Below the pieces are notes generated by a model. It did no database searches and was not told the origin of the DNA. It saw only the letters and a list, made by a program, of their open reading frames with translations. A stretch of 63,231 nt of DNA, filler included, from Kipferlia bialata (lineage: Eukaryota): assembly GCA_003568945.1 (NCBI GenBank). It is 3 parts of 3 records of this genome, joined end to end, with 100 filler letters (N's around TTAATTAATTAA, not from the genome) between each part and the next. Parts side by side here need not be neighbours in the genome. Positions count along the whole stretch, not along the records: positions 1 to 20,395 come from BDIP01000195.1; 2 more parts are not named here. One strand, given 5' to 3'. Below are positions 1 through 11,023 of this stretch, piece after piece. Both the position numbers and the translations under genes were made by a program. Within the stretch, counting starts at the first letter, position 1. Each line of letters opens with the position of its first letter.

Positions 1-50
<50 letters not shown>

Positions 51-123
51 ATGTGAGGTTATGCATGTACACCCAACACCACTCTGTATGAGGATAGACA
101 GATGAGTATATATCTGACCATAC

Positions 124-1347
124 CTGTCTGTATGAGGGAGTGTCTGAGTCATGGTTGACCTCAGTGGCGTCTCTGTCGGCCACAGAGACAGAGGTGTCGT
201 CATACCTAGGATGAGGGATAGACATAGATGTATATATGTGAAGCACTATATATAATGTTAGACATAGAGACAGAGGTGTCGTCATACCTGGGGGGTAAGA
301 GAGATGAACATACAACAATATATATATACAGACTGGTGCCGATACTCCACACTACCTACCGGGATATCAGTATCTGTAGGACGCATACACTTTGTCACTG
401 GGAGTACATAGGGATCGAGACACATAGATGCATATGTGTGCAATGGAAACAGATGCATTCAGGTGACATATCTATATATAGTAACAATGTAGCCGTACCC
501 GTCCATGGCTTCGGCATAGTCTGCAAATGCCACGCTCTGCATACCCACACCAGACATGGGGGCAGGGGGAGCAGGGTGGGTGGGGTGGGTGGGGTGTGTG
601 GGGTGTGTGGGGTGGGTCCCCTGGGGTCCCATACCCATGGCCATACCCTGTGGGGGGAGGTAGCTGACCTTGGCGGGCAGTCTCTGTCCACTCACACCAG
701 ATGATACTGGGTTGCTGTGTGCTGGGTTGCCTCCCATAGCACCATACCCCTCAGAGGCAGTGTGACCATCGGTGTGCAGGGGGTTGAGGGTGGAGGTGGG
801 GGACTGGTGGGTATCAGCCTGGAAGGCATTCACCCCACCCTGCTCCATCCACATGTCGGCCCTGGGGTGAGGATAGAAGAGGGGGAGCAAGGGGTGAGGG
901 GATACAGCATGGGGGACATTGATGGTCAGCATCACTGAATGGACGAAACCAAAACTGAAATGGTCAACACATACTATCAAGGACCAGATCGGTATAGAAA
1001 CACTGTATCTCACATAGGGAGTGTGTGTAAGGGAATGGGTACCTGAAGGGACTGTATGGCTCGACAGCAGTAGAGGCGCTCCCAGACGGTTGAAATGATG
1101 ATGGTCCAGAAATACGGTCCCCGAATGAGTTCTGAGACAGGATGCCCATGCTTCCCGGCATTGCAGAGACGCCAGAGTGCAAGTCCTCGCCAGAAGGCTT
1201 CTCACCGGCCTGTTCATTGGCTACAGAAGTCCCAAAAAGGGAACCCTGTGCTCCAAGGTCCAGAAGCTCTCCATCCTGTACAGAACTAGGTCCTAGATCC
1301 CCTCCGAGGAAGCTCTCTCCCTCTCCGCTAAACCAGAGGTCTCCCAT
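124..1347 (-). CDS. Hypothetical low-complexity protein, multi-exon, 3' end lost in poly-G at the window edge
   Basis: Candidate ATG (MGDLWFSGEG...) at 1347. Exons ~1347-1043, ~861-499 (with (HPT)n repeat) and ~202-124, bounded by GT donors and CTNAC-N-AG acceptors. No recognisable domain. Confidence 0.5.
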
Positions 1348-2647
1348 CTTCCCTCTGTTGCATAAAACAGCGACAGATCGCATGTTCATAGATCGCTTGG
1401 TCAACTTGAGCTATTTCGGATAGTTGTTTTGTTTTTGTTTCAGGCTCAAGTGCAGTTCAATCAATAAGAACTGTACCACTTCAAATACCATGTATATGGA
1501 TAAATGTGTACTGGTCATCAATTTACTGGTCTGCTGGCGTTGGATACCACCTGTGTGCAGCTGTATGGCCGAAAGTACATATAGTTGGAATAGATATGAT
1601 CGTCATAAGGGTTTAATGAAAATATGTGAATATATTGAACCCGCGACAGATCACAAGACAATCAGTCGATATGAGACAGATACAGAAATGACAAGTGGGG
1701 CAATTAGGGCAATGCGATACATATCGCTCCCACCACATAGACACCTATAGATAGAACGCTGGAATATTCAGCAGAGTCATGAATTCGGCGCTGTAGCGGC
1801 TCCATACGACCCTCAACCTACTCAGACGAAGGGTTCAGCTTGTGGAGGCAAAAACTCATGATGACAGAAAGCTGAAGTAGATCAACTCTCTAAGGCACAG
1901 TTGATTTCTAGGGTCAATAGGTCGGTACGGGCTGCCTGCACATTCCGCGGTATGCGCGTATCCTCCTTTGGTCTAAGAGTCATGCTGTGGCACATCGACA
2001 CATGATCCACTGAGAGCACACCTACTTGTCTCTGTGGTTGACTGTCATTTTCTGCGCTGTAGGCTCTGTTCTGCTGTGCATTGAGGTGTCGCTGGGAGTA
2101 ACACCCTGTTCTTGGGAAACTGGGGGCAGGGACGTGTATAAAAGGGACCCCTCACACTTGGGATGGTCTTAAAGCTGCACGGTACATACACTTGTTTATT
2201 GAAGACCAAAGGCCCTTGAGGCTGCTCCCCCAGGAAGACAGCATAAATACCGTTAACATACTTGCGCCTCCAGGCAGCGGAACGCAGAGGCCCTGCATTG
2301 TAGTATGGTTTCTGTCGGAGGGAAATGAGTTCAGATTTCATCCAGAGACTCAATGTCTTCTCTACCGACTCGAGGCATTGCCTCATACCACACCCCTTCC
2401 ACTACCAAGCACACCCTACACCCTACTACAGGGTCAGGGTCACACTCTGATCTGGGGCATAGGGGAGCCAGTAGCTAGTAGCTAGTGTAGAGATACAGCT
2501 GTGAGTGGCTGAGACATACATACCCATGTCCCTGGACTCCAACCCTCTCTTCAAATACAGGGTGGCGTCTAGGTGGATAGATAACCCAAGGTACGCGTGT
2601 GGTGTGGTGTGTGTATGTGTATTATCCCTAGTGGCACATATTCCTAG

Positions 2648-5600
2648 GCTCAGAGAAATCCCACTCTATTTTTGGTTTATCATGTATACACGCCCCATAC
2701 CGACCCTGGCTATGCTCTCTTTCTCTCTCTCTCTTATACACTTACCCCATAGGCTATGTCGTAGTGTTGAGTCCACATCTGCCCCCCAGGCCATACCCAG
2801 GTTCACCTCTACATGTTCAATCACCTACACTATGTACCTAACAATCACCGATGCATTCCTATAGACCCCACTTGTATGTGTATGTATATGCCAGACACCT
2901 TCACTGCCCGTGTGTGCTGCCCTCCCCCTGAATCATATCCAGATATGTACTCATATATACTTATGCTCTTCAATCACCTACACTGTGTTCTCTTCTATTC
3001 TGATACCAACCAGCACACCAGACGATACCCATATATGTACCCTATAGTACATCGCCTACCCCCCCCTTACCTGACCCCAGGGCAAGACCGATACACACTT
3101 ATATGTATTAACTATCTCAGGTATTAATATCGTCCTTGTTCACCACCTTCCCATGTGTATCTGACCCCAGGCTGTCTGCCCCCAGGGCTAGACTGGGGCC
3201 ACCCCCACTGGACGCAAGGTATGTGTGTGTGTATATGCCAGCTGATAATGCCTTTATCCCTGATGATATACCCCCACTGGAGTCAAGGTATGTATATGCA
3301 AGTGGAACCTATATACCCCTGCTATAGGGCCCCCCTAACCCACCAGACTGCCTTGGGACAGAGTGTGTGCAGTATCAGTACATATATTACACCTCTCACT
3401 GGCAGACTACCTGGTGAGACTGACTGTGTGCAGGCCATAGCGCAGGGACACATGGCGCCCACCCCTCTACTACCACCGGCACTGCTCACGGCACAGGTAT
3501 ATGTATATGATATATACTATATATATACTATATATATATATTGAGTATGCAGTGAATGTAGTGTACCCACACCCTTACTACCACCGGCACTGCTCACAGC
3601 ACAGGTATATACTTATACACACACATATATATGTATACTATATATATACTATATGACTATGTGGAGTATATAGTATAACCACACCCTTACTACCACCGGC
3701 ACTGCTCACAGCACAGGTGTGTGTGTATGTATATAAGGATCAATCTTTGGGATATGTTGTGTCTAGTGTACCCACTCTGGCCTACCCATTTCCTATTTGT
3801 ATCCTAACCCCGAGGACGCCCCTGCCAGGGTATGAGTATATATGTATCTGTACGATTATATTATATATATCATTTATATACATGTATATACATGCTAACC
3901 CCCAGGACGCCCCTGCCAGGGGAAAGGGTGCACGGCAGGTGGTAGTGGGGGCTAGCAGGTACATATATAACAGCGGTGTATATATATATGAATATATATA
4001 TATCTCAATATCACTATTAGTGTATATGCAGGTGGTGGTGGGGGCTAGTTGGTTCTGGGTTCTGGTACATATATATGTGTGTGGGAATGCATATGTAGGT
4101 CGGGGGATAGGGCTAGTAGGTACAGGGCTAGGAGTATATACATCTGGCGCTTGTGAGGTACCTGTCATTGGTATCATGTCTCACCCATAGGAACTTGAAG
4201 GCATTTAGAAAGGCCGCTTTGGCCGAGCATCCACTTACGGATTGGCAGGTGGGGGATCAGTGGCAGTCACTTCTCTCTGTGGATGTGAACCGTAGTTCTC
4301 TCTGTCTCTATGGATAGCATCCTTACCCTTCAGTCCATCGAGCACCTGAACCCCAGTCCCCGTCTCCATCTCCATCTCTCTCTCTATTCTATACATATTC
4401 TAACTCTAGTCTCTCTCACCATATATATATAGATGTGTGTGTGTGTATATATGTTTATATATATCTACGGATAACATACTTACCCCCAGTCCATCTAGCA
4501 CATGAACCTCCGACCAGCTCTCTCTCTTTTCTCTATACTCTACATATTCTCACCCTTCAGTCTATCGAGCATCTGAACCTGAGTCACCAGGACCTGGGCG
4601 ATGCATACCAGGCCACATACCTGCAGCACATACTAGGTGGGTATATAGTGTATATATGTGACGGTGAGAGATAAAGAATCGTTTATGGGCTACTGCACCG
4701 GTATGTCTAGTATATGTATATATATGTATGCATGTGTGTCTGACCCCAGGTGTGCAGTGCCAGCCCAAGACGGCACCCCAGCTACTCAGCATAGACCTAG
4801 GGCATAACAGGTGGGATGTGTATGTGTGTATATATGCAGAGTATAACATGTACCAAGGATAGGCTCTGTGTCCAAGATAGTATGTTTGTATTCCACTACA
4901 GTATATATATATCGATACAATATTTATGCATGGTAATGACTTGAGACTATTCGCCCTAATCTCAGGATTGAGTCTCTGTCCAACATGTATCTGCCCCACA
5001 TCCAGAAGCTGTACATGCAGGGTGGGTATATCCTATATTACGTATATATCATATATAGTGTACATGTATAAATATACATATATACTTGTATCTGCCCCAC
5101 ATCCAGAAGCTGTACATACAGGGTGGGTGCACATGGATACAATAGTATGTATATTTGTAAATATAGTTATGTGTGTGTGATTGAATGTCTAGTCCTTCTC
5201 TCTCACTCCCTCACTCTCTCTCACTCACTCCCGATATATATGTATCCCAACCCAGGCAAAAACAGACTTGAGTCTTTCTCTCTGCTCCTCTCTCTCTGTA
5301 TATCAGTACATGCATATATATATATACTTACCCCTTAGGCAACAGCCTCGAGTCCTTCAAGGCCCTGCCCCTCTGTCCCAGACTGGAGGTGCTTTCCATA
5401 GACAGTAACCAGGTACATAGTAGTATATTCTGTATATACTCTTACCACACATATTCTTCATCCAGACAGACAGCTTCCAGGGAAATACTTCGTATAGGGT
5501 GACAGAGGGAGTATATGTACCCCGATCTCTCTCTCCCTTGTCTCTTACCCCTAGATAGAGACCCTGCAGGGTCTAGAGCGCTTCCCCCTCCTCAGAGTGC

Positions 5601-6277
5601 TGAGTGTCAGGGACAACCCAGTGGCCACATCTTTCAGATTCCTAGAGAGGTATGCATTATGCATTCATATTTGTATGGGTGTGGGTGTGTGTGTTGATAA
5701 CAGTCATATATATATATATATTTATATGGGTGTGATTATATGTGCGTGTATCCATATCCTCACCCCATTGGTGTGTCGTGATGTGTCCTGTCCTTGCATG
5801 CATTTGTATATAAATATTTATATATGAATGCAAATATATGTGTATTAGAGAGGTATCAACCTATATTAACCCCAGGTGTGTAGTGATGTGCCCTGTCCTT
5901 GATGTATGCAATGGCATACCCTGTCAGGCACTGCAGCAGGCAGCAAATGCACACGCCATACTCAGGAAACTCAACCCTAGGTATACAGTTTATAGTGTAT
6001 AGTATATAGTATATGTATAATGTGCGTGTTGGTCTCTCACCCTAGACGCCTTGCCTCCCGCATGGCCCAGATGAGTTTGACCAACAAGGACCTGTTGACC
6101 GAGGAAGACATAGGGAAGGAGGGGAAGAGTAAGAGGAGAGGGAGGGGGAGAGAGGCTGATATTGAGAGGGGTGAGGGTACCAGACACGTCCAGATTGATA
6201 ATAGGGAGGTGGATGTAGGGGAGAGAGCGGGGGAGAGAGAGAGAGGAGGGGAGGGTGGAGACTGGGGGGAAGGGTGA
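2648..6277 (+). CDS. Leucine-rich repeat protein (SDS22-like LRRs plus LRR cap), multi-exon; 5' start uncertain
   Basis: Spliced exons read in frame: SIEHLNLSHQDL (4561), LLSIDLGHNR, IESLSNMYLPHIQKLYMQG, NSLESFKALPLCPRLEVLSIDSNQ, IETLQGLERFPLLRVLSVRDNPV, then a basic/acidic tail to the stop at 6277. These match the LxxLxLxxNxI consensus. Confidence 0.75.
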
Positions 6278-6599
6278 CACAATAGACCGATAGCCAGTGG
6301 TGCAAGTGTTGCTTCTATTGTGGTATACTATTAACAGTGTCAGTGTATGTATATGTACTCAGTCGGATACTCCCTTCATTTGTATCTACAGAGACCCAGA
6401 AAGAGAGGGACTGTTTGACACACAATTCCATACACAACACACAACCAAAAACACTAATTCGTCTATTTGAAGCCAGTCCTAAAGACCAGCATGCAATAAA
6501 TACACTCTAAGATGCAATATGCAATCACACACATTGCGTTAATCAACAATCAATTATCTACACTACACCGACACACACTACCACAGCCTCCCCTGCTGC

Positions 6600-8533
6600 T
6601 TACCAGGCCTCAATCACAACGAGGCCCTTGTCGCACAGCTCGTCGTACCTCTTCTGGGCACCGTCTGCTGTGAGGCCTCCTGCTGTCACCATGGAGTCCT
6701 TGATGATGGAGACAATGTCCTCGGGAGTGCGGCCGGCAGGGCCACAGTAGCCGAAGAACCCGTCGACGGCACCGAGGCTGTTCCAGACCCTCTCCGGGTT
6801 CTCCCTCATCCTGTGGGTCACGTACACCTTCTTGGCCTGCTCCCTCGAGAAGGCAGTCACGTAGTCGCACAGACCCATCTTCTCCCACTTCTCAAACTCG
6901 TCGATGCAGAGGGCGTCCTCGTTCCTGCGCCTGCAGCCAAAGTAGATGGTGCACTTGCCCTGCATGATGCCTCTGTTGTACAGGGCCTCGCGGTGCTGCA
7001 TGAAGGAGCGGAAGGGGGCAATGCCGGAGCCAAGGCCCACGCAGGTGATGGGGACCATGGGATCCGAGGGGGGCTGGAGGGGGGAGGACTTGATCTGGAC
7101 AGCCACCATGGGGTTCTCAAAGACGTTGAGGTCCTTGAGGTACCGGGTGCACTGGCCGTACCTCATGGTGCCCTTGGCTGTCTTCCAGTCAACGATGCCG
7201 ATGACGAGCTGGATCTGCTCGGGGTGCATCATGTGGCTGGAGGCAATGGAGTAGAGACGGGGGTTGTTGCCGGGGATCATCTCGATCAGGTAGTCCAGAG
7301 AGACAGACACAGACTTGAACATGTCAAACACCTCGTGGTAGCGCACAGACTCGGCCACAAACTGCTCGGCAAACTCGTCCTTGCCCTCCTTGGCGGTCAG
7401 GTGCAGCAGCCTCTCCCTCTCGGACCTGTCGGTAGTGAAGGGGATCAGCGACTTGAGGAAGGACTTGGTGATGGGGCCGCAGACGTCCAGGTAGAGGCCG
7501 AACACCTCACGGACAGTCAGGGAACGGGACAGGCCGGGGGGGACCTCGGTGTCGCCGTTGCCGCGGACAGTGATGACCATCTCGGGGTCGATGGAGAGCC
7601 TCTTGCAGAGGGTGTCCACGACATCGGTGGGAGCCCTGGCCAGAATGGAGATGTGGAAGCCAGTCTCGTAGGTGAGGGTGGTGTTCTCAAGCTCGAAGTG
7701 GAACTTGTAGGCGTCCCTGGGCACTCCGTTGGGGGTGATCTTCTCGGAGTGGGAGAGCCTGACGTACTGGAACTTGGGAGGGGGGGGAGGGGGCATCTGC
7801 ATGGAGGCAGTACGCACACAGGTGAACTTGGGCTCGGGGATCTGGCAGCCACCGGCGTCAGCGGCACCGAGGGCGTCCCAGAGCTGCTCCATCCAGGGGC
7901 CGAGGGCGCCCTCGTACTTCTCGGGGTGGAGCTCGTCTCCCATGCCGAGGGGCACGAGGGACTTGGCGCCGAGGGCCTTCATCCTGTCGTCGACCTCAAT
8001 AGCAGCCTGGCAGAACATGGGGTAGGAGGAGGAACCAATGCCAAAGACACCCACGCGGGTGTTCTCAAAGAGGTTCTCGGCGTGGTCGGAGGACTCGAGC
8101 CACTCCCAGAAGTTGGCTGCGTTGTCGGGGTGCTCACCCATGCCGAAGGTGGAGGTGACGTAGACCAGGAGGCCGGACTTGATGAGGGTCTCGGGGTTGA
8201 TCTTCTCGATCGGCTTGAGGGTCACGGCAAACTCGACGTCCTTGTTCTTGGCCTCGGAGGCAATGCGCTTGGCAATCTCCTTGGAGTTACCGGTCTGGGT
8301 GGCGTACACGATGGTCAGGGGGGTGCCCTCGACGTTGGTGGAGGGGGAGTCGTCCTCCTCGTCCTCAGTGGGCCTGAACACAATGCCGGACCTGTCGGAG
8401 TAGTGGGTGTGGAGCAGCTCGTGGGACTTGTGGGACAGGGGCTTCTCGAGGAACTCCTTGTAGAGCTGGGCAATGTCGGGGTTCTCGTGAGACCTCCTGG
8501 GGGGTGAGAATGGAGAGAGAGCGGGGGACACAT

Positions 8534-8564
<31 letters not shown>

Positions 8565-9351
8565 CCTGAGAGTGGACCTCTCGTCGATGTTGTAGATGGC
8601 CTCAGTCCTCTTCTGGAGGATGTTGGGGTTGAGGGAGCGGGGCTGTCCGCCTCCTCCGATGCAGCCACCGGGGCAGGCCATGACCTCGACAAAGTGGTAC
8701 TCCTTCTCGCCGGCCCTGATGCCGTCGAGCAGCTTCTGGGCGTACTTGATGCCAGAGGCAACGGCGATGCGGAGGGTCTTCTTCTCACCGGTGGGGAGGG
8801 GAACCTCAACCATGGCCTCCTGGATGTCAGTGTCAGAATCTATACATATGGATATACTCATATATACATTTGTGTATCAGTATGCATACCTTGATGCCGT
8901 CAAAGCCACGCACGGGGGCGTAGTTGAGGACGGGGAGGGGGGTGCCAGAGGCCAGCTCGTAGGCAGTGCGCAGGGCGGCCTCCATAACACCTCCAGTGGC
9001 ACCGAAGATGATGGCGGCACCTGGGGGTGAGGGGAGAGAGGGGGGGGGGGGGTATGTATCATATATATATATATACTAGTATATGTACACACCTGTGCCG
9101 GATCCGAGGGGGCAGTCGAACTTGGACTCGGGCAGCTGGTTGAACACAATGTGGTGCTTACGCACGAGCTTTCCGAGCTCGCGGGTGGTGATCACTGCGT
9201 CGATGTCGGCGACACCGTCGGTGGAGAGCTGGGCACGGGCGATCTCCTGCTTCTTGGCGGTACAGGGCATCACGGAGCAGGAGAAGATCTGGGAGGGGGC
9301 GACGCCGAGCTTCTTGGCGTAGTAGGACTTGATGAGAGCTCCCATCATTCC
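6600..9351 (-). CDS. hydA: [FeFe]-hydrogenase (H-cluster and small-subunit domains) fused to a C-terminal diflavin reductase (flavodoxin + FAD + NADPH; CPR/CysJ-like); N-terminus missing
   Basis: Exons 9351-9093, 9020-8890, 8819-8566, 8496-6600. Hydrogenase motifs: L2 MPCTAKKQE, FGATGGVMEAALRT, L3 EVMACPGGCIGGGGQP, small subunit SHENPDIAQLYKEFL...HELLHTHY. Flavodoxin: YATQTGNS, TSTFGMGE, FGIGSSSY. FAD: PRLYSIASS. NADP: GLGSGIAPFRSF, YFGCR, AFSREQAKKVYV, terminal EAW. Confidence 0.95.
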
Positions 9352-9633
9352 CTGGTGTAAGTGAGAGAGAGATAATGGGGGGGGGGGGGACGGGAGGGGG
9401 GGGGGGGGGGGGGGAGGGGGGGAGGTGGGGGGGGGGGGGGGGGGGGGGGGGGAGATATACATATCACCATATATGTAGGGGAGGGGGTATGTGACATCCA
9501 TACTCACTTTGCCCTGTAGTACCCTGCCTCCATCAGCACTAACACATACTTGTATCAAATATATACCATGTACATGCACTCTTATATACATAGATACATA
9601 CAGTATATATTCATATATAGTATATACACTCAC

Positions 9634-10382
9634 TTTGCCCTGTAGTACCCTGCCTCCATCAGCACCTCCACAATGCGGTCATAGGCTGCAGCCTGGAGAG
9701 TTAGGTATATAGCCAAGAGATAGCAAGATCCATATATAGTGTGCGGTCACAGGCTGCAGCCTAAAGAGTTAGATATATAACCAAGAGATAGAAATATCCA
9801 TATAGGGTAGTGTGCGGACATATGCTGCGGCCTGTGGGGTGAGTCAGGGAGTAATACACAGTTATGTAACTAAGCGCAGAGTATGTATATAGCGATGTAT
9901 ACCTCTCTGGAGTCGAAGCAGTCCCTGCCTCTCCGGTCAGGACGGTCAGTCAGGTCAAACCCTGGGGTGAAGGGAAGGTGTATGATAGTGGTGTGTGAAA
10001 GGAGCGGGGTTGGGGGAGGGGGGGGGGGTAACTACAACACGTCCAATCATAGTCAATGATACAACTGCAACATACGGAATAGAATGGGACATAAAACAAA
10101 ACACATACATGAACAACACTCCCACGGGATAACCACCTTAACACTTAATTGTGAGTAACGAGTGTGTATGCACTGACCATAATCAACCAAAACGAGGTAC
10201 CCACTCGTGAAGTGAAGGAATACACTATATACCCAGTTACTCATACAGTAGAGTGGAAGCATACACATCTAACACACTCTAACACACACTCTAACACACA
10301 CATACACACTATGTACCTGGTGGGAGGGGTCGGGGCATCCTAGAGACCAGTCTATGGAGAGTGGGGCACAGTCAGTCTGCAT
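9634..10382 (-). CDS. 5' fragment of a probable CCDC93-like (Commander/CCC complex) gene
   Basis: Exon 9692-9634 reads AAAYDRIVEVLMEAGYYRAK, resembling the CCDC93 N-terminal motif (ILELLVAAGYFRAR, recalled, not searched). Upstream exons lie at ~9961-9903 and 10382-10317. No downstream exons before the poly-G junction. Confidence 0.5.
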
Positions 10383-10703
10383 GCTGTCAAATAAACCCTT
10401 TTCTCGTATTTGATTTCTCACCGAATCGACAACTCCACACAGCTCTCTCTCGCTCCCCACTGGTTGTGCCCCTGTGGAGTGTACACTCAGTCACACGCAG
10501 GTACAGTTAGTTATGTGTTAGAGAGGGACTAGTACTGTGATAATTGAGGGGAGGACAGCCCGTTGACGCAGAATTAGTCCCCGAGGGAATGTGTGTATAT
10601 GTCATTGAGTGTGTTGGTACGTTCTTGACACTTATTCAACACTCATCCTGCAGGTGACAGCCCTGGAAGACAAGAGTATAGAAGAGAGGGAGAGAGAGAT
10701 ACG

Positions 10704-10976
10704 ATGGCCAAGCTGACCGAGGTGGACCTCACAAGGCACGATTGGTATAGTGTAGAATAGAAAGTGTATGTATTAGCGGTGAGCATTACTTATGGCCGCA
10801 TATGTTACTTACTAAGGCTACTTATGAGATGCATCCCTCCCCCCATCTCCATCGACGTTTGGCTCTTCTCTCTCCTACTGTTACTGACCCTCAAACTTGA
10901 TACCAATTATTTCCCTATAGGTATCTCTCTATAGCGTATAGTAGTACTATTCTTACCACCCATTCCGATTGTGTGG

Positions 10977-11023
<47 letters not shown>

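Noticed and set aside
6813..8507. 564-aa + strand ORF
   Set aside because: Antisense shadow of the GC3-rich hydrogenase exon.
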